A DNA stretch of 64,000 nt, from assembly GCF_009914755.1 (NCBI RefSeq), contig NC_060936.1. One strand, given 5' to 3'. The translations under genes and the position numbers were made by a program. The DNA is from the human T2T-CHM13v2.0 reference genome, Homo sapiens. This document shows, in pieces, positions 16,929 through 43,369 of this stretch (the first letter of the stretch is position 1; every line of letters starts with the position of its first letter). Under the pieces are notes generated by a model. The model worked only from the letters and a program-made list of their open reading frames with translations. It did no database searches and was not told where the DNA came from.

Positions 16929-18110
16929 CTTATGATTAGCAATTATTTTGTCTATTAACAACACACAACTCTTTCATATCTTAAATACGTACTCTTTAAA
17001 AATTTCTCAGAGCCTCAACACAAAAACAAGCAAAAGAAAAAAATCATACTGTGGGATTTGCAGTTCTTAACTATTATAATATGTGAGGAAGCCACATAAA
17101 ATAGAAGTGATTATCCATTGTAACTTATAAACATTAGTCCCATTAATTTATTCCACAGATAAAACTGCTATAACTTTTAATTTATATCACACCCTTCTTC
17201 TAAAGAGTGTCAAGGGCTTCCACACATATCCTCTAACTTGTCTGAGGTTATTAAGTGAATCTATCAGCATCTTTACATACCAGCTAAAAAACTTAGGCCC
17301 AATGAAATTTTAAAAGCTGCCCAAGGTCAAATACCAATAACAGAGAGAATGGGAACAGCAGAAACTATCTCCAGCTCCTATCTAAATCCTCCCATTTTCT
17401 ACCCTACACCTAGCCAATTACCATGTATCATAAACACTCAATAAATGCTGATTGAATGTTTAGAAACAGAGCTCAAGCCCAAGGCAAAATCCTAAGCCTA
17501 GTCTTGTTCTTGCTAAATTATGCTGTTTCCAAAGCCTAATAAGAAAAAAGTTCAAAATTACTGGAGCAAGTAAGACTATTCATTGTATCATTTTACTCAT
17601 TAGCAAAGGAAACAAAAACAATCTCTATATGGTTAATCATGGAATTTAATAAATTAAGGTGCCAGCAGAAAACATTAAAGGATTTCCCCCAAAATGTTAA
17701 CAGAAGCAACAAAAACAGCACCAATACAAGAAAATAAAGTCAGTGTGTATCATAAATATACTGTATAGTCTTCTCCCAAGCAACATAACAGCCACTAAAT
17801 ACTTTTTGATTATCTACTTCATACAAAAGCAAAATAGCAATTACCTAGCATTATCATTTACATAAAAGTATAGCGCAGAGATCTCAATATTATACTCTTT
17901 TAAAATTAAAAAAAGGAACAGAAAAAACATAAAATGACAAGACTAGTAAAATCACCTAGTTGTCTATCAGAAAAAAAAAATTAAGGAATTTGTAAAAATC
18001 ACAGAGCTACGTATTTGAAAATATGGTAGAATACTTGAAATTATCTGTATAAGCCTGATCACCTTAATAAGTCCCAAAATGCTCAGAGAAAGCAAAGGCT
18101 AAAAAAACTA

Positions 18111-18212
18111 CAGGTTGGTGCAAAATTAGCTGTGGGTTTAAAACTGCAATTACTTTTGCACCAACCTTTATCTTCAATGGCAAAAGCCACTATTACTTTT
18201 GCACCAACCTGT
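18111..18212. mobile_element. MADE1 (Hsmar1 MITE) derivative
   Basis: TIR aggttggtgcaaaa at 18112; reverse TIR ttacttttgcaccaacct ending at 18167 and again at 18210. Confidence 0.85.
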
Positions 18213-18507
18213 GTCTTCCCTTAGAAAAGAAGGATTCAGAAAGAATCGACTGACCATTTATAAGTTCAAACAGTCTCTCTCTTCTGAGCATCTGACCAGA
18301 AGGGAGGGAGTCAAAATAAAGGAAAGAAGGAAAGCAAAGGAGAGAAGGAAAGGAAGAAAAGAAGGAAATGGGGGAAGGGGAAAGTGAAGGAATAGAATGG
18401 AAGTGAAGGAAGCAAGTTCAAACAGAATGAGGAAAATAATAAATGGGTAAGAAGAACTATAAAATCTTCAAAATAAAAAATGTGATGGAAATCTACTTAG
18501 CTTTCTA

Positions 18508-18768
<261 letters not shown>

Positions 18769-19512
18769 CTAAATGCAAATTGGGAACAGGGATACAAAAA
18801 TAAAAAATAAAAATAACAAACAGAGGAAGACAGATTTTATTAGATAATTTCAGATGCATTTTCTAAAACTGAAAACAATAAAGCATTAAGTTACACATAT
18901 CAGAAAATGATATCAGAAATAGCCAGAATTCTACCTTCTTAAAATAGTCACTGATAATAGATTATAATTCATGACAAGAATTAGCAGCCAAAAGAAATTC
19001 TCAAAGAAAAAAACATTACTCTCAACGAGCTACGAGTTTCTTAAACTGATACAATTTTTACAATTTAGAGAATTTGTTTTATTCTTGTATCGTAAATAGT
19101 GGCAAAGAATAGAATTTCCTACTACTTTTGGATAATTTTTTGGAACTAACTAAATTAACTCACATGGCATATGAGACATCCCCAATGAGATGTCCCCAAA
19201 ATCAGTTTTCCTGAAATCTCACTTTGTTTTACAATAATACTGTATGTCTCTTGAAAAGTCTCAGATTCTGGTATAAATTTATTATTTAAAAACAAAGTAA
19301 CATTATAAATGTTAAACTACTTTCTCTTTAAGGTTATGATGAATATTTGATTATCTATAGTAAACTTGTTAAATTTATACTTTATCAGGCATTAGCTTGA
19401 ATTTGAGAAACATCTTCAAACTTAGGTTGAAAAGTGAAAAAGGTATTTGCAGTATATTTTTATTTCATTATCTCATGTATTAAAAGCTAAGAAATCTTTA
19501 CATGAGAAAATA

Positions 19513-19667
19513 AGGATAAGCAAACTTATTAGTGATTAGTTATTAGGATAAGCATCCTTATTAGTTGTTAGTTATTAGGATAAGCATCCTTATTGGTTAT
19601 TAGTTATTAGGATAAGCATCCTTATTAGTGATTAGTTATTAGGATAAGCATCCTTATTAGTGATTAG
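19513..19667. repeat. 32-bp minisatellite, about 4.8 copies
   Basis: Unit aggataagcatccttattagtgattagttatt at 19513, 19545, 19577, 19609, 19641. Confidence 0.95.
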
Positions 19668-19942
19668 AGCCACCACTTAAAATACCTGTGCTTTGGTTAA
19701 ATAGAGATAACAAAGAATATGAGATTTTTGTTCAAAGTAGGATGTAATATTTACTGAAAATAGAAGGTTATATGAATAGGTAGCTGTACATAAAGAATGA
19801 TTCATACTTTAACACTCCCCTTCTTAATCAGATAAAAGTTGTTCCCTGCAGAGTACGAATTCTAATTTGGCTAAAAGATGATATGACTCATTTCTAGTTA
19901 CAAAACAAAGCATATGTTGTGATTCTATCTAATCAAAAGCTA

Positions 19943-20499
<557 letters not shown>

Positions 20500-21042
20500 T
20501 TAGCTAGGCAGAACATGGTACCAATGAGGCTAGGGTATCTGATTCCAATCCACCAAATTATAATTAACTTGTCTTATTCCATGGTCAGATTATATGCCCT
20601 GAATTCTGGCAACCATCTTATAAACCTGTGCTGTTGTTCACAATAGGAGGTAAGTAAATAGTAGTATGTATAGGCAGATACAAACTTATCACCACAATTA
20701 AAAAAGCAACTCAGCACATGAACTCTGTAAGGCGGATCAGTGAAAACACCTTCAAACGGGAAAGACACTATATGAAAAGTAAGCACTGTCCCAAAGGATG
20801 CTGACACATGACCTTGATTCAGAGGTCCATGTGAATAATGGACATTTCAATTATCCCCACAATGATCAAAATAAGTCAGTGCTCTCTAGGATACTTCTAA
20901 ATAGCTTCACTGAGTTCAATTTTACTACCCAAAGAAATAGGCCAAGGCTAGAAATTATTGAAACCTTAAATATACTTCTGTCTATAAACCTTAAAGATCA
21001 AAAACCTAGCATCATTAATCCACTAGACTTTAGTAGAGTTCA

Positions 21043-21252
<210 letters not shown>

Positions 21253-21685
21253 CTATAAGAGAAGAAAAAACTGTAAATGAAAGATCAGAAATGAAAAGTG
21301 CTCAATAGAAATGCCAAGGGAGTCTTCCCAGAAAATTTTTTTATAATATTTATAATAGTCTAGTGCATACAATCTGTGCTCTTTGCTATCCACTACATGT
21401 AACTCATATAACTAAACATTTAATCCTACCTTCTGTCTATGTTCTATTTAGATTTCCCTTTATTTCAGATACCTCTGGTTTACTCCAAAGCACATGAGCA
21501 ATTCTTGTTATTCTCCAGCCAATCAGGAAAACAGTATGAGACCCATCTTAATACAACATCACTATTTCTATTTTATAGCCAGTAGCATAATTTCCTAAAA
21601 TGTTTACTACTATATTGATAGAATGGTGCTAGATACTGTAAAGACAAAATACAATATACATAATCTTGAACTTGTGACAACAATG

Positions 21686-21945
21686 AAGACTGACATGATG
21701 CAGAAAGTCACCGCCATCACTCCTAACCATTATACAAACACACCTAGAAATACCGGATAAATTATAACAATAAGACTGACAGGATGCAGAAAGTCACCAC
21801 CATCACTCCTAACCATTATACAAACACACCTAGAAATACCGGATAAATTATAACAATAAGACTGACAGGATGCAGAAAGTCACCACCATCACTCCTAACC
21901 ATTATACAAACACACCTAGAAATACTGGATAAATTATAACAATAA
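21686..21945. repeat. 86-bp tandem repeat, 3 copies
   Basis: Unit aagactgaca(t/g)gatgcagaaagtcacc...ataaattataacaat at 21686, 21772, 21858. Confidence 0.95.
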
Positions 21946-22505
21946 CCAAAAAAACTTCATAGGTGAACCCAAAAGAAAAGGGAATTCCCAGTTTCTGGAA
22001 ACAGAGTGGAAGCAAGCCATAATGAAAAAGGAAGCTGTTGCAAGAGTTTTCACAGGGGCTTCTACTTGGATATTGGCACCGGAGAAGGACTTTCAAACAT
22101 CCATCTCTGCAGCCATATGAGGCTATGACTTAAAGTGCTTATCATCCTTATGGAGAACAGTTCTCAAAATGGGATCCAGAGGATCCACTAAGTCAAACTA
22201 TTTTCACAATAATTCTAAGACATTATTTGTCTTTTTCACTTACATTTTTGCAGGAGTACAGTGTGAGTTTTCCAGGGGAAAGATGGTATGTGCTATCATA
22301 ACAGATTGAATGCAGAAGCAGATATGAGAATCTGCTATTAAAAAGTTGATAACTGAATGTGGATGTCAGGAACTGGCAGGGGTGGGGGTAGGGTCATTAT
22401 TGTGCTTACTGTTTAGAAGTTTCTATAATACAAGTTAAAAATAAAAAACCCTCAAGGTAAGAAGTTAAAGAGCCAATGACAAAGCTAAAGAGAATTTGTG
22501 AACTA

Positions 22506-23275
<770 letters not shown>

Positions 23276-23423
23276 CTATTCCTAAAGTTCAACAGGCTAA
23301 CAAAAAAGGAAATAAAAGAATCTCAACAGGTTATTACTCAATATGTTTTGTGATTGGTTGGTCAGCTGGCTGGCTGAAAAATAGTGAATTTCATTGAAGA
23401 GACAAGGTCTACAAACAAAAAGA

Positions 23424-23679
23424 ACACTGGGAGGCCGAAGCTGGTGGATTACTTGAGGTCAGGAGTTCGAAACCAGACTGGCCAACACCGTGAAATCCCA
23501 TCACTAGTAAAAATACAAAAATCAGCCAAGCGTGGTGGTGCATGCCTGTGGCCCCAGATACTCAGGAGGCTGAGGCAGTGCTTGAACCCAGGAGGTGGAG
23601 GTTGCAGTGAGTCAAGATTGCATCACTGCACTCCAGCCTGGGCAACAGAGCGAGACTCCATCTCAAAAAAAAAAAAAAA
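23424..23679 (+). mobile_element. Alu, 5'-truncated
   Basis: cactgggaggccgaag...ctcaaaaaa. Confidence 0.88.
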
Positions 23680-23782
23680 GTTACAATACAAGGTAACATA
23701 TATAAAATTCCAAATACATATAGAAGAGAAAATACAGTTCTTCAGAGGACAATAAAACAGTGATCATCATGGGTTTGGATTG

Positions 23783-24155
23783 TGATATGGTTTGGATTTG
23801 TGTCTCTACCCAAATCTCATGTTGAATTGGAATCCCCAATGTTGGAGGAGGGACCTGGTGGAAGGTGACCGGATCATGTGGGCAGATTTCCCCCTTGCTG
23901 TTCTCACAATAGTGAGTTCTCACGAGATCTGGTTGTTTAAAAGTGTGGGGCAACTCCCGCTTCTCTCTCTTCCTCCTGCTCTGGCCATGTAAGACGTGCC
24001 TGCTTAGCCTTCACCTTCTGCCATAATTGAAAGTTTCCCGAAGCCTCCTCAGCCATGCTACCTGTTCAGCCTGTGGAACCTGTACAGCCTCTCTTCTTTA
24101 TAAATTACCCAGCCTCGAGTATTTATTTATAGCAGTACAAGAATGGACTAATAAA
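23783..24155. mobile_element. MaLR solo LTR (MSTA-like)
   Basis: tgatatggtttggatttgtgtc...aaatctcatgttgaatt...ctttataaattacccag...gaatggactaata. Confidence 0.85.
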
Positions 24156-24476
24156 GATTGTTAGGAAAACTTCACAGCAAGGAAGAAATTGTGTTGAGCT
24201 TTGAAGGATAGATAAGATTTGAATAAACATTCTAGGAGGAAGAGCTACAAGAATGTAAAAGGTAAATTACAGAGAGAATATACTAGTCTAGCTGGTGAAA
24301 AGGCAGAATGGAAGAGTCATACGCAAAAACACAGGAAATAACATTAGAAAAAAAGATGAGATCTTTAATCTTAAGTTTTGGACTGAGAATCTGAGATTTA
24401 TCCTATATTCAAAAGGGAAACATAAGTTTTGAAAAACGAAACAATATGATAAACATAGAATCAAATATTTCTAAAC

Positions 24477-24794
<318 letters not shown>

Positions 24795-24910
24795 TAAAAT
24801 TTCAAATGTAAACAAAAGTAGACAAAATTGCATAATAAATTCCCACTGACCCATCAATCTTTAAATGTTAAGTGAAAGCAATATATTAGAGAGACTGCAG
24901 AGAGCAGCAG

Positions 24911-25455
24911 TATGCACAAAGGAGTTAAACACAGCAGGCCTGAGACTGGTGTCCTTTGAAAGGCCTACTAAAAGTTTGGCCCATGGCTGGCATCTAGACA
25001 CTTGAATGGTAACAATTCCCTACACTAATATAAAACTTCCCCTAAATGATAAGAGTGGCTCACAATGCCCCAGACTATTTGTACAATGTGGTTTATGCCG
25101 AACTCCTGCTTTCCTTCTAGGAGTTTGGAATTTTGGTATGTGATTCACAAAGGGTGCCCATGTCACTAGGCCCCAATAACAGCCTTCGGCACTGAGTATC
25201 TAATGAACACACATGTAAAGCACTAAACACTTTACACGTGTTGCCATAATTTGTTACTGGTGTGATTAAGCACACCCTATGTAACCCACTGAGAGAATAC
25301 CCTGGGAAGCCTGTGCCTGGTTTACTCTAGACTTTGCCCATGCACTGTTTCCCTTTGCTGATTTTGTTTGAATTATTTCACTGTAATAAATCATAAGCAT
25401 GAGTCCTCCCTGAATATCACTGAACCTGGGAATGGTCTTGGAGACAGCCAATACA
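24911..25455. mobile_element. Solo LTR, MER68/MER21 group
   Basis: Starts tatgcacaaaggagttaaacacagcaggcctgagactg; AATAAA near 25385; ends atggtcttggagacagccaataca. Confidence 0.7.
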
Positions 25456-25728
25456 AGATGATACTGTAGTCATACAACATCGATATACAACCACAGTATC
25501 ATCTCAACATGTGATAAGGACCTAAGCAAGAATGGCTGTAGTGGGAATGCAAAGAGTCCTATCCTATAGAAAGCTTTAAAAATGAATTAACAAAATTTAG
25601 TCAATGACAATACGGAACAAGGAGGACAAGCAGAAAAAAATCTTTCCAACATTTCAAGTCCTATACTTACTTTTACTTCTCAGAAGCCCTGTTGGTAGAG
25701 CACACTATATTCATAAGACACAACTTCC

Positions 25729-26024
<296 letters not shown>

Positions 26025-26706
26025 AGATACCAGAGAGGTGTGTTACCAGATACCAAAAGGGTAACTCATATCACAGAAGCTCAACACAAATGTATAATTC
26101 CCAGTGAAAAGCTGGTAGTTATCTGCTATTTTACCAGAGTAACTTTCAGAGAGTAATAAATTTATATAAAGTATAAAAAGTTTGAAAATTTCATACACTT
26201 TGTCTAATTAGTCCCTAAAATCCTTTTGTCATAAATGGGTTCTCTCCTATCATCTTATAACAAAAACAGAGTCCTGAGTAAAACATTTTTGCTTAGAGAA
26301 TAAACAGCAAATCTGCAACCCAGTCAACAAAAAAGGCTTCACTGCCTGTCTCTTAATACTTTGGTTGATGTCTTTAATGCCTGGGAATCAATGTTTCGAT
26401 CTATTTAAAACTAAAAAGAGAAAAGTTTTAAACTTAGGACATTTAGCAAAATAATTCCAACAAGTTAATCCAAAAACAATTACTTAACTCAAAGAGTCAC
26501 AGTTGGAAGACAAATAAAAGTTATACTAGGCCAGCTGTGCAAACACCTATGTTACATAAAAAATAATACAGGCCGCCAGCCAATACACCCTCCAACACCA
26601 ATGATTCTCATCTCCTGAAATTCAGAACCTTGTATAACCTCCACCTACACCAAAGGGGACTGACCTATGTAACCAATAAGATATTGCAGATATTAAGAAG
26701 TCTGAT

Positions 26707-27007
26707 TTTTTTTTTTTTTTTTGAGACAGGATCTCACTCTGCCACCCAGGCTGGAGTGCAGTGGCATGATCACAGGTCACTGCAGCTTCAACCTCCCCAG
26801 GCTCAAGTGATCCTCCCACCTCAGCCTCACAAGCAGCTCCAACTACAGGCGTGTGCCACCACACCCAGCTAATTTTTGTATTTATTGTAGAGACAGGGTT
26901 TCACCATGTTGCTCCCAGGATATTCTGGACCTCCTAGACTCAAAAGATCCACCTGCCTCAGCCTCCCAAAGTGCTAGGATTATGGGTGTGAGCCACTGCA
27001 CCTGGCC
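26707..27007 (-). mobile_element. Alu (J-like)
   Basis: Reverse dimer; TSD aagtctgaYttt. Confidence 0.9.
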
Positions 27008-27243
27008 AAAAAGTCTGACTTTTGAAGTTGGGTTATAAAAGACATTGCGACTCCATCTGGCTCTCAAAAGCCCTATGTAGAGGCCTACATAGTTAGAATC
27101 TGAGGCCTCCTGGCAACAACCTGTGAGTGAGCCATTTTGAAAGCAAATCCATTAGCCCCAGCCAAGCCTTGAAGAGACTGTATCCCATGGCAACCTCATG
27201 TGAGACTCCAAGCTAGAAGTATCATTAAAAAACTATCATTATC

Positions 27244-27549
<306 letters not shown>

Positions 27550-28449
27550 CCATTAGCACAAATGCTTGACCCACAGAAACTATGAGATAATGAATATTTG
27601 TTATTCAGCCACTAAGGTTAAAAGTAATATGTTACTCAACAACAGAAAACATCAAAGAGCCAGGAACAAAACATGCATAGACCATCCATCTAATAATCAC
27701 TATCAAGGTCAAAAGCTGCTCCTATCTAACAAACACACGGTTATAAGCCTGCATGTCTCCACATTCTTACATGAAGTTGGAGTAAAAGCAGAAATAGATA
27801 AATGAGTATGTTTTCATAAAATTCATACAAAATTCAATAATGGAGGCAGGATTACTATTTACATTCTTAATATTAGTTACTTAGGGTTGATACAAAATAA
27901 TCTTTAAAAATTCTGTGATCTGTAAAACCTCAGAAAATGTAAATATCTGCTCAAGAACAATTTAAAAATTCAGAACAGAAAATTCAGAAAAAGGCAAAAG
28001 CTAAAAAATGAAGTCTCTCTCTAATAATGAGATCACTACCTTCCATTTGCCAATGGAAGGGTGTGAAGACATTCAGGCTGATACATTTCTTTATAGATAC
28101 TTATACAAACAGGTTTAAAATTCAGTGACATTAAACATGTATACATTCCAACATTGAACTGTTCCTATAAAAACCATCCCCATATAATCTAGGTTCTCCA
28201 TCCTGTTATAATCATTCTCTTTCTCCCTTGGTAAATCCCAAAGTCTATTCTCTAATCAATATTATCCTAACTTTGTTATCCTAACTTGTGGTCTACCATG
28301 ACAAGAGGGAAAAAAAAAATCAGTAACATGAGGATAGAACCAAATAACACTAAAAACTAAATCACAAACACACAGCCAAAAAAACCAGAATAATTAGATT
28401 GTTATAACTAAAAATAGCTAACACCAAAAGGCCATAATAGAGAAATGGA

Positions 28450-29015
<566 letters not shown>

Positions 29016-29284
29016 TTTTATTTATATATCCTCTGTACTATGCAACTTTATCATGTGCAACTCTTTTAACAGGAGATAAATTATTGCCAATTATAGGGGG
29101 AAAGAAAAAGTGTCAAGAATCAAAGTAAAGAGAAAAGAAATGAATTACCATCTCAATTCAGCTTTACAAATACAGGTCATCTCCTACATGATAGAACTGT
29201 ATGTATATGTTACACTTTAAACACATATTTGACAATCTACCCACTCAGGTGTTGAAGGAAACTTATTTCTGGACCTACCAATAA

Positions 29285-29591
<307 letters not shown>

Positions 29592-29626
29592 TAAAATGTG
29601 ATTTAAAAAAAAAAAAAAAAAAACCT

Positions 29627-35750
<6,124 letters not shown>

Positions 35751-35851
35751 AAAAAAAAAAAACCTTATGGTGTCAAACTCGTTATAGGGGGAAAAAACAC
35801 GCATTCAGTGAGGTGAGTTGAAGAAAAGAAAAAAAAAATCAGCTTCTAGAC

Positions 35852-36653
<802 letters not shown>

Positions 36654-36678
36654 TAAATTAGTTTTAAAATGCAGAGCT

Positions 36679-37317
<639 letters not shown>

Positions 37318-37451
37318 TCAAAACTGAAGATTATTTATACTGCCAAATCCTACGTATTTAATATTTTAAGTTAATGTGATCCCTTAAGATAGTTTTCAAT
37401 GCAAAAGCTAAATCAGCTTGGGGGTAAGCAAAAGTTTGGATAAATCTGCAC

Positions 37452-37610
37452 CTCTTCTTCTGGCAGAATCTTTCTCCGCCCATCCTTCACCGGAAATCCA
37501 CTTCCAAAGTCTTTTGAGGAGATATCTGCTCCATATTCCACAATAACATCTTCTTCAATGCTGCTTACCAGCCGCCAAAATTCCTTTTCTACTAGTTCTG
37601 TGGGAACCAT
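37452..37610 (-). CDS. KDM5A: KDM5A exon 10 (159 nt)
   Basis: [53 protein letters not shown]; AG 37612-37611, GT 37451-37450. Confidence 0.97.
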
Positions 37611-37974
37611 CTACACAGGGAAAAAAAAGATGACAAATTATTAAACCACTATAACTATAACCCATATAACATAATACACAGGATCAAGTAAACACAAACC
37701 CATGATGAGATTAAAAATCTTCTGATTCCCTAGAGCAGTAAAGACCGAGATCCTAGCTTTTTCCAATGAGAACAGGGAAAAGCTGAGACAACTCGGACGT
37801 TCAGAAAAACATAATGAACTGTGCTGCCCTTTTCCGAAAGAAACTGTTTCCCAAGTACGGACAAAGATGAACTAGGAAATCAAGGAGGAATAAGGAAATG
37901 TAAACAGCAAGATTAAATTTTTTTAATAGCTTCTATTTTATGCCTTTTATGATTTTAACACAAAATTTCATTTT

Positions 37975-38321
37975 CTTTTTGTTTTTAATTATACTTTAAG
38001 TTCTACATTGGGTATTTCTCCTAATGCTATCCCTCCCCTAGCCCCCTACTCCCGGACAGGCCCCGGTGTGTGATGTTCCCCTTCCTGTGTCCGTGTGTTC
38101 TCATTGTTCACCTCCCACTTATGAGTGAGAACGTGGGGTGTTTAGTTTTCTGCTCCTGTGTTAGTTTGCTGGAAATGATGGTTTCCAGCTTCATCCATGT
38201 CCCTGCAAAGGACATGAACTTATCCTTTTTTATGACTGCATAGTATTCCATGGTATATATGTGCCACATTTTCTTCATCCAGTCTATCATTGATGGGCAT
38301 CTGGGTTGGTTTCAAGTCTTT
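37975..38321 (-). mobile_element. 5'-truncated L1PA 3' end (about 350 bp) with internal 3'UTR deletion
   Basis: [21 protein letters not shown]...WMKLETII is the ORF2 C-terminus; G-rich 3'UTR and tail follow. Confidence 0.9.
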
Positions 38322-38489
38322 AAAGCAACACTAGATTTTAATAACTATAGCAAATTTTTTTGACAGGGACTAAAAAAGCCTAAGATATCCGAGGAAAAGA
38401 AGCAAACCCCACAGTAAAAATAACTAAAGAAAAGCAGCAACTGCCCAATACTTTACGCTTTTCTGTAAAGGATTACTCATACAGGGCTA

Positions 38490-39208
<719 letters not shown>

Positions 39209-39892
39209 TTAAGGCTCTTAGTTACTAAATTCTTTGATCATTTCCCTAGGTAAAGTAAATCAAGTCAACCCTAGACAACAAAACAAATATCAGCTACTTA
39301 TAATACCGTATCAGGAAGTTATTTTCTAGAGCCTCAACTTCACTGTCACAGCCTTCCAATAGGAAGGTAGTACTAAGATGGCTTTAGATCCAGAGGTAGC
39401 ATTAAGTTCTGGCACTAAGACAAGCATCTAAAGGACTACTGACTTGGAATCATGCCTAGGGATGCCTAACGTTCTTGGCATACCCAGTGGTTTTGGCCAT
39501 GGAGGAAACAAATGTTCATGGAGGAAGGAAAGGTAATGGATAAGGGGATAGCCACTGGATTGTGAGGATATCAGACTAAGAGAATAGTTTGTTCACACTG
39601 CCAATCACTATGACCAATGTCTTAACACAAATACTCACTTAGAGTAGAACTGCCTCTGAATCTTTCAACCTGGAGAATAGTAAATAAGTGATAATTCAAA
39701 GGCCATAAAAGACCTTTGAATGCATTTACATACACCCAGCTAACTCCTTCTCTTTAATGTCCTATCACAGCATTTTGTTAAAATAAGTAAACAGACAAGG
39801 CATTTCACGACAATGACAACACTGTAAGCTTTCACTAACAAAAATTTAGCACAGTCAAGTAAAAATTGGGGCAAGCTAAAAGATACCATCAG

Positions 39893-40192
39893 GGCCCGGC
39901 ACAGTGGCTCGTGTCTGTAATCCCAGCACTTTGGAAGGTCAAGGCAGGTGGACCACTTGAGTCCAGGAGTTTAGACCAGCCTGGCCAACATGGTAAACCT
40001 TGTCTCTACAAAAAATACAAAAATTAGCTGGGCGTGGTGGCATACATCTGTAGGGAGGCTGAGCTGGGAGTATCACCTGAGCCCAGAAGCCAGAGGCTGC
40101 AGTGAGCTGAGACCGCGCCACTGCACTGCAGACTGAGCGAGAGGCTGTAGACCGTCTCAAAAAAGTAAATAAATAAATACTAAATAAATAAA
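39893..40192 (+). mobile_element. Alu (J-like)
   Basis: Dimer; TSD taaaagatacc. Confidence 0.88.
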
Positions 40193-40470
40193 AGATACCG
40201 TCAGTTTATTTAATAGCATGAAATTGGATGCATAAATCCCAAGTTCTACAGCTTCATGTCTAGTTATACTTTAATTAATAGAGAAAAAACTATGTTTTTC
40301 TTCATTTTTATTGTTGCCCAGCAATATTTATTCTAAGTCAAGTCTCATTATCTGCAGCAATAAACAGAATGACCTAACCAACAGTTAGAAAAAGAATCTT
40401 TGAAAGGCAAGCTACCACAATACAATTGTTACATTTCCATTCAATATAGATATTTTAAGTCCTGGAAATT

Positions 40471-40786
<316 letters not shown>

Positions 40787-40897
40787 CTACATAATGAAGA
40801 CAGAATGACAAAAGGAAACATATTTGGGAATATGTTTATATGTAGGTGTATATGCATGTATTATTATTTTTAGTTAAAAAAGGATCCATAGAGGTTA

Positions 40898-41068
<171 letters not shown>

Positions 41069-41317
41069 TTAAAAAAAAAATAAATGAAAGTCTATTTTCT
41101 ATAATAAATAATAAATTTTTACCAGGAACTCCTTAGCTGAAATAAACAAAATAATGCAACTGAAAAGTAAACATAACTTAAATCCTGAATGTCTATTTCA
41201 AGTAATTGTATTTAAACAGCTTTTCATAAAACTCCCTAAATTTCCTTCCAGAGTTTTTACAAGCAAGTTAATAGCAAGTTAATAAAGGTGTATCAAGTTG
41301 TTAGAATAAAGACTACA

Positions 41318-41621
<304 letters not shown>

Positions 41622-41884
41622 CTAGGGCATTTGAAAATCAATTTACATGTATTTTTAAAAATACCATGTCCTTCTTCCCATATACAAATCCTCTTTGATA
41701 GAGAATGAATACTGAGACTGTCTATAATAGAACTCAACGACTTACACAGATTCATTTTCATGCTCTCACTTGGTTCCCCATAAGGTGTATGACTTACAGG
41801 AAGCAGCCTACGTATGTAGGACAGAGCCAGGTTAACAACATAAACAAAAGCTGTAACTTCACAGATGTGCCATCAAGTCTTCTA

Positions 41885-42160
<276 letters not shown>

Positions 42161-43165
42161 TTAAATTAGTTAAAATCTTACAACTGTTTATCTAGAGGTA
42201 GATATACTATTTATTATCTCTCACTGAAGATGAAGAACCTGAGGTACAGCAAAGTTAGTAACTTGCTCAAAATCATACAGCAAGGCAAATTTAAGATTCT
42301 AATCCAGTCACGTAAGATCCAGAGAGCTTACCCATTAATGTTGTATGTGTATGCAGTACGTACTACATACAACCTGCAGGTATTACTTGGAGGAACTCCC
42401 AAATTAGGGACTAATTTCTAAGACTGTTGACAGCCAATACTATAATTACAAGAGTAACAAAAATAAAGTACTTAATTCTTAAAAAGGAAATATTATTATT
42501 ACAATGTATTTAGTAAGTCTTATTACATGGGATGTTTTAAGAGAGATGGAACAATATTATTTAATCTTCTAGAGTTCAGTCCACTATCTGAATTGTATGA
42601 CTTTACACATCTAAGTACACAGTAATTAGTCTTTGTGACTGTAGCATTTCATTAAGTTCTCATATAGTCAAAACATATCCAGCCTAATCTTTGTTAAACA
42701 GTTTTATAATTGACATGTTACATAGAGAGAACAGTGGAACTTGATCTTTGCATGAGCAGTCCTACTGACAAAAAACTTCCAAACGTGAAGCCGAGAGTAA
42801 CAGACTTACTAAAGAAAACAGTTTATTCAAATGAACTGACATAATATATCAAGGGCAATTACTTTAAAAATTAAAATTATGGTTAGAATTTTAAAATTCT
42901 AAACTTCTCCCAGTGTATGTCGATACTAAGAGTTACAAGCTTTAGCTCACGAGGTAAGAACCATTAATTCCATCATTCTCTCATAAACCAGCCTTCAGAA
43001 ACTGCAATAAATTTGTGTGTCATATATTACACAGAGAAGGAAAATCCTCTCTTCCAAAATCATAAAAATTCAACATAACATTGCTCTTCACACCTGAAAT
43101 TTAAGAGATCTGGCATTAAAAAAGGCGATTTGCCTAGGAACCACATTGCGATTTTACAATTCTTA

Positions 43166-43369
<204 letters not shown>

